Program-made: the position numbers and the translations under genes
DNA from: Callorhinchus milii
Lineage: Eukaryota
Assembly (NCBI RefSeq): GCF_018977255.1
Contig: NW_024704743.1
Span: forward strand, 74,526,001-74,590,000
Direction of reading: 5' to 3'
DNA length: 64,000 nucleotides
Notes under the pieces: model-generated
Told to the model about the DNA's origin: nothing
Database searches by the model: none
What the model saw: only the letters and a program-made list of their open reading frames with translations
Shown here: piece after piece, positions 37,262 through 49,700 of the stretch
Position numbering within the stretch: the stretch's first letter is position 1
Layout of the letters: each line of letters opens with the position of its first letter

Positions 37262-38243
37262 GGGTCCGGGGGCAGTGGGGGGCACTGTGGGGGCAGTGGG
37301 GGGCAGTGGGGGAGCACTGTGGGGGCAGTGTGGGGGCACTGTGGGGGCAGTGGGGGCAGTGGGGGGCACTGTGGGGGCAGTGGGGGAGCACTGTGGGGGC
37401 AGTGTGGGGGCACTGTGGGGGCAGTGGGGGGCAGTGGGGGGGCACTGTGGGGGCAGTGGGGGGCAGTGGGGGGCACTGTGGGGGCAGTGGGGGGGCACTG
37501 TGGGGGCAGTGTGGGGGCACTGTGGGGGCACTGTGGGGGGCACTGGGGGGGCACTGTGGGGGCACTGTGGGGGCACTGTGGAGGGCACTGTGGGGGGCAC
37601 TGTGGGGGCACTGTGGGGGCACTGTGGGGGCACTGTGGGGGGCACCGTGGGGGGGCACTGTGGGGGCAGTGGGGGGCAGTGGGGGGGCACTGTGGGGGCA
37701 GTGTGGGGGCACTGTGGGGGCACTGTGGGGGCAGTGGGGGGCAGTGGGGGGGCACTGTGGGGGCAGTGGGGGGCAGTGGGGGGGCAGTGGGGGGGCACTG
37801 TGGGGGCAGTGGGGGGCAGTGGGGGGGCAGTGGGGGGCAGTGGGGGGGCAGTGGGGGGGCACTGTGGGGGCAGTGGGGGGGCACTGTGGGGGCACTGTGG
37901 GGGCACTGTGGGGGGGCACTGTGGGGGCAGTGGGGGGCAGTGTGGGGGCAGTGGGGGGGGCAGTGGGGGGCAGTGGGGGGCAGTGGGGGGCAGTGGGGGG
38001 CAGTGGGGGGCAGTGGGGGGGCAGTGCGGGGGCAGTGGGGGCAGTGGGGGGGCAGTGTGTGGGGCAGTGGGGGGCAGTGTGGGGCAGTGGGGGGGCACTG
38101 TGGGGGCAGTGGGGGGGCAGTGGGGGGCAGTGGGGGGGCACTGTGGGGGCAGTGGGGGGCAGTGGGGGGTCCGCGGGGCAGTGTGGGGGCACTGTGGGGG
38201 CAGTGGGGGGTCCGCGGGGCAGTGGGGGGTCCGCGGGGCAGTG
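37262..38243. repeat. G-rich minisatellite (GGGGGCAGT / GGGGGCACTGT units)
   Basis: About 1 kb of 9-12-bp variant units seen directly. Confidence 0.97.
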
Positions 38244-38326
38244 GCTGATTTGAGACGCGGAGAACAGCCGCAAAGCTCAACAGCGGCTACAACACTGACC
38301 TCACCTCAACCATCGCGAGACCACCG

Positions 38327-39581
38327 CCAGACCAGAGCAATCACCCACACACCCCCAGACCAGAGCAATCACCCGCACACCCCCAGACCAGAGCAATCAC
38401 CCGCACACCCCCAGACCAGAGCAATCACCCGCACACCCCCAGACCAGAGCAATCACCCGCACACCCCCAGACCAGAGCAATCACCCACAGACCCCCAGAC
38501 CAGAGCAATCACCCGCACACCCCCCCCCAGACCAGAGCAATCACCCGCACACCCCCAGACCAGAGCAATCACCCGCACACCCCCAGACCAGAGCAATCAC
38601 CCACAGACCCCCAGACCAGAGCAATCACCCGCACACCCCCAGACCAGAGCAATCACCCGCACACCCCCAGACCAGAGCAATCACCCACAGACCCCCAGAC
38701 CAGAGCAATCACCCGCACACCCCCAGACCAGAGCAATCACCCGCACACCCACAGACCAGAGCAATCACCCACAGACCCCCAGACCAGAGCAATCACCCGC
38801 ACACCCCCCCCCCAGACCAGAGCAATCACCCACAGACCCCCAGACCAGAGCAATCACCCGCACACCCCCAGACCAGAGCAATCACCCGCACACCCCCAGA
38901 CCAGAGCAATCACCCGCACACCCCCAGACCAGAGCAATCACCCGCACACCCCCAGACCAGAGCAATCACCCGCACACCCCCAGACCAGAGCAATCACCCA
39001 CAGACCCCCAGACCAGAGCAATCACCCACAGACCCCCAGACCAGAGCAATCACCCGCACACCCCCAGACCAGAGCAATCACCCGCACACCCCAGACCAGA
39101 GCAATCACCCACAGACCCCCAGACCAGAGCAATCACCCGCACACCCCCAGACCAGAGCAATCACCCACAGACCCCCAGACCAGAGCAATCACCCACACCC
39201 CCAGACCAGAGCAATCACCCACAGACCCCCAGACCAGAGCAATCACCCACAGACCCCCAGACCAGAGCAATCACCCACAGACCCCCAGACCAGAGCAATC
39301 ACCCGCACACCCCCAGACCAGAGCAATCACCCGCACACCCCCAGACCAGAGCAATCACCCGCACACCCCCAGACCAGAGCAATCACCCGCACACCCCCAG
39401 ACCAGAGCAATCACCCGCACACCCCCAGACCAGAGCAATCACCCACAGACCCCCAGACCAGAGCAATCACCCGCACACCCCCAGACCAGAGCAATCACCC
39501 GCACACCCCCAGACCAGAGCAATCACCCACAGACCCCCAGACCAGAGCAATCACCCACAGACCCCCAGACCAGAGCAATCA
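38327..39581. repeat. 28-bp tandem repeat ACCAGAGCAATCACCC(G/A)CA(C/G)ACCCCCAG, ~45 copies
   Basis: Seen directly; two interleaved unit variants. Confidence 0.97.
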
Positions 39582-39675
39582 GTGTTCAGGTGTCAGTGAA
39601 CTGTAACTGTTCGCTTTGGAGTTTCTTAACAATGTGACGTCTTTCTGCATTTGTCAGACACACAACAGACAAAAA

Positions 39676-39800
39676 CAATCCATCCATCAATCAATCAACC
39701 AATCAATCAACCAATCAATCAACCAATCAACCAATCAACCAATCAATCAATCAACCAATCAATCAATCAACCCAGTCAGTCAGTCAGTCAGTCAGTCAGT
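39676..39800. repeat. (CAAT/CAAC)n then (CAGT)n microsatellite
   Basis: Seen directly. Confidence 0.95.
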
Positions 39801-39950
39801 GGGCGGTCCCGGTCCCCGCAGACTGTGCTGTGACTGTGCTGTGGGCGGTGTCAGGAACTCTGTCCTGAAACCCAGAGGTCGGGATAACGGGTTTTACCAC
39901 AGAAACAGATTAATTGTCACCAGTGGAGAGCGCGAGAGCCGCAGTGAGAG

Positions 39951-40390
39951 CCCTCACACCGGCCCCACCGTCTCTCCCCCTCACACCGGCCCCACCGTCT
40001 CTCCCCCTCACACCGGCCCCACCGTCTCTCCCCCTCACACCGGCCCCACCGTCTCTCCCCCTCACACCGGCCCCACCGTCTCTCCCCTCACACCGGCCCC
40101 ACCGTCTCTCCCCCTCACACCGGCCCCACCGTCTCTCCCCCTCACACCGGCCCCACCGTCTCTCCCCCTCACACCGGCCCCACCGTCTCTCCCCCTCACA
40201 CCGGCCCCACCGTCTCTCCCCCTCACACCGGCCCCACCGTCTCTCCCCCTCACACCGGCCCCACCGTCTCTCCCCCTCACACCGGCCCCACCGTCTCTCC
40301 CCCTCACACCGGCCCCACCGTCTCTCCCCCTCACACCGGCCCCACCGTCTCTCCCCCTCACACCGGCCCCACCGTCTCTCCCCCTCACAT
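39951..40390. repeat. 27-bp tandem repeat CCCTCACACCGGCCCCACCGTCTCTCC, ~16 copies
   Basis: Seen directly; almost invariant. Confidence 0.97.
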
Positions 40391-42479
40391 CAGTGCCGGG
40401 GGTCCCAGGAACTTTAGAGGAATGAACTCGCCACAATTCCCGATTCTGGCAGTGCTGGAGAAGTTTGTTGGATTAAAAGCTCTATTTCCCTAATTAGTGT
40501 ATTTCAGCCGCCAGTCGTAGAGTGGGGCGCGACCGCAGAACGGTGGAGGCCAACCTCTTTGGTTGGACAACAAAATAAATGTTTCTGATTGAATATTTCT
40601 TAATTAATGCTATAAATCGTTATGCTTTTTTGTTCATGGTTTCCATGATTATTTTGTTGACCTACCAAAAAGCGAATAGAACCTGTTAAGTAGGAAGTGG
40701 TGAACGGTGATGGGAGTGGTCGGCAGTGTTAGAGGTCAGGGAGGGGGCAGGAAGCCTAAATTGCAGTCAGATTGAATGGCATTGGTCACTTTGACGACTG
40801 TAGTCTGTCTCCATGCGGTGGGTGGACTGAAGACCTGACTGGAGGGTCTTGAACAGGGAAGAGTGAGAGAGATGAGCACACGGCGGAGGGCAATGAAATA
40901 TTCCTGTACCTCGGCAAGAAAAGGAGTCTTTATATTTCATTCAAAACTTTGCAGTCCTTTTAAGTTTTAACACGTTGTAAACACGTTCTGAAATTTAAAA
41001 ACACAATTTTCTACCATATTTAACCAAAGTGAAACTTGGAAATGATTATAAGTATGGCTGCCCATTTATTTTAAGAATTGAGAGTAAAACATTGAATACA
41101 AAGCAGACAAATTATAACCAACATAAGCCATATCACAGCACTTTATTGCTGAAACACAACAGCATATACATCACATAACAATGTCTAGAATTTACACTCC
41201 TTTTCATTACAAACCTTTTCCAATATTTTCATTTTATCCCTCACAGCAATGTACTTGGATTATGTTTAGGGCTGCAGTGAATAGGTGCGTTCAAATAAAC
41301 TAGTTCGTCCCGACAAAAAAATAAATATAAAATCAGAAACAGTTTAAGGAACATTTGTAAACTTAGGAGAAAGTGCAATAAAAACAACAACATACCATGA
41401 TATTTGGCCTTTGTGTAATAAGAAATGTATATTGGGTTTGGAAGGAAGTTCTATTTTTAAATTAATAAGATTTAAATTAAAATTAGTTATATTGGAAAAT
41501 GCACCAGTTATTTCTAACTCCTGAGTAACAAACAGTATCCAGTTTTAATTTAAAAGGTGGCAAAGTAACAAAGGAACACCTTGCCTCACATGTCAAACCT
41601 GTGTGTGTGTAATCTACAGTGGCTAACATATTTTATAAGAAAGCAATGTTTGCAATCGTTATTCTTGAAACACAATTTCCATTTTTTTTAAAAAACATGG
41701 AACAGTTTACTCACAAACAAAAACCTGTGCCAAATCTGTCAGAATCAAAGAAAAGGCACAGATGGTTTTAACACATCATTTCAACCTTGAATCCCAGGGA
41801 GAGGCTTTGTACTTTCATGGAATAAATGGATAGTACTGGATAGAATACTATTTGCTGCAGCCAGTGTCAATCAAATGCACTGTTCTAGTCTCCAGCGAAT
41901 ATGGCTGATCAATAAGCTTCCCATTTTATTTCAAAGTACAACTGGAGAGATTCTTACCCACACTATAAACCACAAAGGAGAAGCAACTACATACCCAAGG
42001 GCGGAAGAACTTCACCTGAAGAAAAGGAGTATTTCACCACCAGGCAGAACCAACTTGTCAGACCCTGGTTTATAACTGAACTGTTAACATACAGGATGAC
42101 CGTTATAATAATAATAATCTTTGCATTTGATACAGCGCTTTTCACGGCTTCTAGACGTCTCAATGTACAGAATATACAACAAAAACAAATTGCATTTATA
42201 CTACAGTAGTTGCAGTGCGTAAAATTCAACCCACCTTATAATGGGGTGGACCTAAGAGCCAATGCTTCCTTATGACTGGTGGCATAATTGTGCAAATGTG
42301 CACAAAGCCGGGCGGCTGCTCTCATGTTGTCCTCTGGTCTATGAGGAATGAATTTGCGTTGCTTCGATTTGCATTGTCGCACTGCAAATACTGTTGTTGT
42401 GCTGACAACATTTGAAGCAAAACCATCGGATTTGAGGTGCATCATTGGGAGTTCAAGCACAATGACATGCTTTAAACTG

Positions 42480-42872
42480 GTGATGGGATTGGCAGGGCGG
42501 TGGCGATGGGATTGGCCGGGTGGTGGCGATGGGATTGGCCGGGTGGCGGCGATGGGATTGGCAGGGGGGTGGCGATGGGATTGGCAGGGGGGTGGCGATG
42601 GGATTGGCAGGGGGGTGGCGATGGGATTGGCAGGGGGGTGGCGATGGGATTGGCCGGGTGGCGGCGATGGGATTGGCCGGGTGGCGGCGATGGGATTGGC
42701 CGGGTGGTGGCGATGGGATTGGCAGGGGGGTGGCGATGGGATTGGCAGGGGGGTGGCGATGGGATTGGCAGGGGGGTGGCGATGGGATTGGCTGGGGGCG
42801 GCGATGGGATTGGCAGGGGGGTGGCGATGGGATTGGCAGGGGGGTGGCGATGGGATTGGCAGGGGGGTGGCG
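42480..42872. repeat. 23-bp tandem repeat GGCGATGGGATTGGC(AGGGGGGT/CGGGTGGC), ~17 copies, in the inferred SLC39A6 3' UTR
   Basis: Seen directly; lies between the stop (43759) and a candidate AATAAA (41142-41147, minus). Confidence 0.95.
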
Positions 42873-43758
42873 ACAGGAGTTGAAATGTGACTTGTTTTGA
42901 AATGTAACGGTGGATCTGGAGTTTTAGTAAGATATCAGGGTCCACAACCCAATCATGTTTTAAGTAAGTAAACCCGGGTTTTAACAAAGCGTGTTAATAA
43001 GGGAGGAAGGATCTCCATATAACAATAGGTTAAACTACTTTTCAAGAATATTGCTGATCTTGGTTCAAATTAAAAACATGGTGTGACATTCCATCATTAG
43101 CAACATAAAATATTTTCTCATAGCTATTTGAATTCACTGTGGTGTGTTATGTGCTATGTGTAAATATGCTAACATTATGTATCATGTAAGAACCATGTGT
43201 AAAGCATGTGTACAGAAGGAATTTTTTAAACATTAAATCCTTTTTATTGGTTTATTACATATTTAAGGGCACCTATGTACACCCGCTGCATATGTGAGCT
43301 CACACATGATTTACATGAAGCATAATATACATGCATTGACATGTCATAAATTCTGTGTTTACACATGGTGCATAACAGTTCCATATTATCTCTCTTAGTT
43401 AAGGAAGGAAGTTTCTTGAAGGAATGAATGTGCGAACAAAGCCATACAGTGTTTATTTATGAGTCACTGAAAAACAACTTGTTAGGACGTTTTGTCATGC
43501 AACTAGTTGCTCGTTTGTGTTTAGTCCAGCCATGCCTACACCAGTCTGCTGATACAAGAATGGCATTACAATATGGCAATGCATTAATGTTACAAAGGAG
43601 GAGATGAATCTTTGTTGGGAGTATCTTAGTCACCAGTAGAAAGTAGACAAAGGTAAGAATAGCTAGTCGACTATCAATCACAAGTCCTCAGCTAATGGAT
43701 AGTTGTGAAGCCCCTCACTACTTGTAGCATTTCCTGGTTTCACAGGTAAGGCAGAACA

Positions 43759-46700
43759 TCACAGTTTTATGTCTAAGAAAATTTTATGTTCAAATATAGC
43801 GATGACTAACATGATACCAAACCCCAGCAGGATGCCAGCATTTTGCAAGAGGAAGTATCCTCCGTGACTGCAATCATGGTCGCCAGCATCATTATGAAGC
43901 ATTTCAGGAACCTGCAGGAATGAATTAGGAGATTTGATTAGATCTTTCAGCTGTAGTAAAGACCAGTGTTTAATCCAGCTACATCTTCAACTTTGCAATG
44001 AAGAGTCAATTCAACACTTTGGAGTCCTGCAGCTTAGTGATTAGAGCACTCTGCTCGCAAGCGAGAGGACCTGGGTTCAATTCCTGGCAGGGAGAAACAT
44101 TGGGCAAGTTTCCTTATTCCACATACCTCTATTTATCATCAGTAAGTAGGAACCCGGTTGTTAGTCGATTGGCGGAGCACTTTTTTGGAGGAAGGTAGAA
44201 GAAATATTTGCACAAAGAGGGTGGTGGAACGCTTTCACATGTTGCTATTGAATTTGAGACCAAGTTCCTTTGACTCACTCCCTCACTCTTTTTGTTCAAG
44301 GTCAGTCTCAAGCCCTACCTCTTTGAACACGCCTTCAGTCATCTTTCTCCTACCCATCCTCTGGGCTCCCATCCCCAGCACTGTTAAGCGCTTTTGGATG
44401 TCCTCACAGCATGAAAGACACTTATATAAATGTAACTTTGTACAGTAAAATAATAATAATGCTTGCATTTGATATAGCGCCATATCACGTCTTCGCGACG
44501 TCTCAAAGCGCTTCATAGAATATACTTTAAAGTGAATTGACTGTATATTTTGTAGGTGAAACGTGGCAGCCAATTGCGCACAGCGGTGTCCCACAAACAG
44601 GCGTAGATTGACCAATTTATTATATTATTAATTTGCACTGTATTGTAATTTGAGATGTTTTGACATTTTAGGCCCTACATCAAATACAATGAATAGTTAT
44701 AGTGTCTTATAAACACTCTGAGACGCTATACCCTGCGTGGAGGGCGCTATATAAGTGCAAGTTGTTGTGTTATAAAGTTCATCCTTGGAAATTATACAGA
44801 ACTGGTATTAATGTGAAGGATCTGTCAATTATGTTATAGTTAGTTTAGTGAACATGTTGGACTGATTTTTATATCATTAGAACAGGGAAACCATGCTAAA
44901 AGTACATAAAAAGTCTATACCTACCATGTCAACCAGGGCCACGTACAAGAACAAGCCAGCAGTAACAGCAAAGATCCACGTGGAGACATTTTCAGCATAA
45001 TGACCAATGGCAGTACCTGTTATCATGCCAAGATACCCCAGGAGTGCAGAGAGAACATTGTACATCACAGCCTGTTTTACTGTCATACCAGCCTTCAGCA
45101 GAACAGCAAAATCACCTGTTCACACACAGAAATGCATTGTGACAACCAATCCCAATGACAACAGTTTTAACCATTTTATAAAAACAGCTCAATTTTCTTA
45201 ACTGGAAACTTCTGGGTACAGATTACATCTCAGTGAGGTTATTTTGTGTAGCACTGGCACAGGCACCACTGATAGGAACAAGACAGTTTAGAATTGTAGT
45301 GTGTCACGGTCGCCCCTTTTGTTTTCTATGCCCGTTTAAATATATTGAGTAGTGCTTTAATTTTTTTTTAATGTATTTAACGTTTTTTGAGACTTATGGT
45401 GTCATCAAGTCTGACTCTAGCTTTGACTGCAACAATTTGGCGGATAATTTACCATTCCAATGTGCAAATGCAGGATTGGAAGTGAACTTGTCCCCTAATG
45501 GGCAACTGAGGGGAGAAAGTGATTGGACCATAAAAAAGGCACCAATTACATCAGGTAATTGGTGCAATACAATTCCCATTGGGTACCTTAATTTGGGGAG
45601 GGGCTAAAAGAACGAGAGCCATATACTCGTGGTCGCTATTTTTCTACCTGATGACAACAAAGGTATGTGCTCTGACTATTAATGAGTACTAGTCAGAGGT
45701 TGATTCTTCGTGCACTTTTACATAAACTTTATTACAAGTGGCTACTAGCGTGTGTAGTGTAAGTGTGATTAATGTTTGTTATTTCATAGTTGTGTTTGTT
45801 GATATTTATCTCGTCGTTTAAGATTGAAAGCCGAGGGTTGTGCATTTCATCGAAGTTACAATAAAATTCTGTTGAGCTAACTTAACAGTGCTTTCTCGAG
45901 CTTTCTGTAAAAATCAACGGAGGGAATATATAAACAGGTTCAGCCTAGGTCACAGAGGTGTAAAATAAACCTCAGATTGACTGAAGTTTCCCAATTTGCT
46001 TTAATTTAAATAGCAATTGGTAGTACCTATCATCGTGGAACTACACCTAGTTGTAGGGACTTGCATTCATTAGTGAGGATTGAACAGAGGTCACCCAGTA
46101 CTCTGCAATGGAGAGCGAGCCATATTGTGGGTGTACATATAAGGGCGACAGAACCGTCTCAAGTGATACCCAAATGACTATCAAAATTCCAGTCAGTTTT
46201 ATGTGTAGTATCTTTAGCAACGAGCACTAATGAATTGGGCATCGCCAAAAGCATAATGAGTAAAGCTGCCTGTAATATCAGCACATATACTGCTAAACTA
46301 TTCAATCTGTCAAGTGGCTTTAACCAACACTGAGCAAAGCTTGTTACAGTCTGCACTATAAGCTACACAATACAAATGTGTATGTTTTTACATAAATACA
46401 CTTACCCAGTTCATGAGGCAATTCATGGCAGAAGACAGCAACTGATGTACTCAATCCACTTGACAATCCTCCTGTAAAAGCAGCCCCTAAAATAACATTC
46501 AAATAAAACACAATAATGTTCAAAATGCAAAGCAAATTAAATGGAAGAGGTTATAGAATGTAAAAATTTGTATCACATTGTCAAACTCCCATGACAGTTA
46601 AAAAATAATTATTTGCACTCATCTGATAAATTACGTGTTTTAAATTCTATTTAATGTGATTTAAGTCCGTGCCTGGTTTGTGCGCTTCCAAGAGATAGCT

Positions 46701-49700
46701 TAAGGAACAGAATGTTCTTTTACGACTAGATGATAGCTTCACATCAAATTGCAAACAGCAGCAGCCTTAACATAGCAAGGGCTTTCACGCATGATAATCT
46801 CATTGGGGTTAGGGGAGTGTGGGGAGGAATTTGTACTCGGAAGTTTGGAACTTCTTTGAAAAATACAAGGAAGACAATTTTTCTAATATTTCTGAATATC
46901 AGATTCAGAAAATTTAATATTCTCTCTCGCTTACTGAACTTTTATATTGCAAATAGGAGTGTAACACAGTAATGAGAGCTGGATGAGAGGTAACTCCTGG
47001 ATGAGAGCTAACTTTATCTTCATTTGAACATCAACAAGACCGAGGCCCTCCTGATTGGCTTCCGTCAGCAGCTCCACATCTCAGGTGCTGACAGCATCAC
47101 CATCCATGGACGCACACTCCACCTTACTAAGTCAGTCCGGAACTTTGGCATCTTGTTTGACCTTCAACTATCCTTTCCATCCTACATATCTGTGCCATAA
47201 TCCGCTCTGCCTTGCCCCACCTCCGCAACATCGCCCAGCTCTGTCACTGTCTCACTCCGCAGGCCACCAAAACCCTCATACGTGCCTTCATTACATCGAG
47301 GCTCGACTATACAAATTCCCTGCTTGTCGGCCACCCCAACTCCTTCCTCCGTAGGATGCAGATCATCCCGAACTCTGCAGCCCATGTCCTCTCCTGCACC
47401 AGGCTTTGTGACCCTATCACTCCCATTCTCGCCCAACTCCACTGGCTTCCCATCACACAAGACGATAGATACAGTTCAAGATCCTGGTTCTCACTTTCAA
47501 AGCTCTCCATGGCCTTGCTCCCCGCTACCTCTGTGACCTCCTAAATCCCTACCAACCTGCCCGCTCCCTCTGCTCAGCAGGCTCTGGCCTGCTTCGCCTC
47601 GCCCAGCCCACCATTGGCGGGCGGTCCTTCAACCCGCTATCTCGGGGATAGTCGACCAGGACCTAGGAGAAACTCGTTTCTAGATGGTATCTTTATCAAC
47701 CCCATACAGATAAAGAAGTTGTTTGGGTTCTCAGCGCTTCTGTCACTTGGCGGGCGGGCCTTCTGCCACTCTGCCCCTACCCTCTGGAACTCCATAACAT
47801 AACATGTAGGAGCAGGAGTAGGCCATTCGGCCCTTCGAGCCTGCCCCGCCATTCAATCATGGCTGATCTTCTAATCTAACTCCAGCTAATACCATAACCC
47901 TGCCTTGTCCCCATATCCCTTAATCCCTTTTGCAATAAGAAATCTATCTATCTCAGTCTTGAATATGTTCAAGGACTGAGCATCAACAGCCCTTTGGGGT
48001 AGTGAGTTCCATACATTCCCCACCCTTTGAGTGAAGAAGTTCTTCCTCAACTCAGTGCGAAAGGGTTGGCCTCTGATTTTAAGGTTGTGACCCCTGGTTT
48101 TAGTTTCCCCATCCAGGGGAAACAATCTCCCACTATCTACTCTATCATGCCCTTTGATGATCTTATAGGTTTCTATAAGATCCCCTCTAATTCTTCTATA
48201 TTCTAGAGAATATAGGCCCAAATTGGTCAGCCTATCCTCGTAACTCATCCCCTTCATCCCTGGTACTAACCTAGTAAATCTACGCTGCATCCCCTCCAAG
48301 TACGTCCTTCCTTAAATAAGGAGACCAAAACTGCACACAGTATTCTAGGTGTAGTCTCACCAGAGCCCTATACAGTTGCAGCAAGACTTCCCTACTCTCC
48401 CATTCCGTAGTCCCTCCGCCTTGCCCCCTCCCGTGCCTCCTTCAAGACCCATCTCAAGACCCTCCTCTTCGACAGTACCTTCGATCACTCTCCTTCCCCC
48501 CCAATCCTCACCAATCCCGACCCCCAGCTCGGCGAAACACTGAATGTCCAGCTCTTTGGGATGTCCTCCCGACTTGAACGGAGCTGTACAAATGTAATTT
48601 TGTTGTTGTTGTAATACAGACCAACACTGCTGGGGTGCAAACTCTCTCAACACACTGGCTTGGAGCACTTAATGGTTACTGAATATCTTTAGTTTCTAAT
48701 CCTGCTCTCTTAAAATCTCGGATCGACAATAAAACCTGATGAAAGCACGAGGTGAGGTATGTTTCAGCTGTCTTATAAAAGGTCCCCTGTTTGTTGACGT
48801 ATAAAGGGGCTGCTGAACCCCAAAAAAATCTATCTAGAGCTCTTAAAATATTTATTTTTGTGACCAATAACAGATCAAAAGAGAACGTGAAAACAGTTCC
48901 AAGTACCTTGTGTACTCACAAAATTAGTCTTGCAAAAAGGAAACGATACCTCAACTGTGAACACTTGTGCCCCAGGGGCAAGTCTTCAAGTTCCTGATTT
49001 TACAAATAAAAGGAAACTAATCCCTCCCATGTATCAACAGCACTGTGGGTTGGTTGTTAACCCTTTAGTATTGGGATTGCATGGAATCTTGTTAGTGTGA
49101 AAGTGAGAATCAAAATCTCACCAATCGCTAAGCCATCGCTGAAGTTATGCAGCCCGTCTCCCATAATCACCATCCACGCCAGTGTAGCTATACCCGCATC
49201 CTTCAGGTCCTCTTGGAAGTAATGGTGCCCATGGCTATGGGGGTGATGGTTCTGGTGATGATGGTGGTGCAGAATGTGGTGATAGTCGTGGTGATGGTGG
49301 TGAGAATCATCCGCATTGCCTATGGTATCGTGGAAATGAGAGTGGCATTTGTTCTCGCACCCTCTTGGCACATATGCATTGTAATTGCCTTCGGCATGAG
49401 GGTGTACTATCATAACCTCCTGCTCTGGAGTTAATGAGTTTTGGCTGTGATCGAGAGAATGAAGATTTGGCTGATCATTAGCTTCAATCGTCGAGAAGTC
49501 ATCCTGATCTGTTGATACAAAAATCAAATATCAGCCTTTCAAAAGGTATATCAGTACTGCTTGAACTACAGTCAGTATTTGACCCTGAAACTCTTTTGAG
49601 ACATTTTGAATAAAATAAGACTAATAATAATAATAATAATCCTTGCATTTGATATAGCGCTTTTCACGTCGGGAGGACGTCCCAAAGCGCTTCACAGAAC

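Noticed and set aside
36783..39599. 938-aa ORF and overlapping 315-431-aa ORFs
   Set aside because: They arise from stop-free minisatellites plus an L2 fragment, are open in several frames on both strands, and have no protein domain.
38327..40390. CRISPR-like regular 27-28-bp repeats
   Set aside because: Head-to-tail units with no unique spacers, no cas genes and a vertebrate context.
42348..42987. Repetitive GGWRWDW ORFs
   Set aside because: Product of the 23-bp minisatellite.
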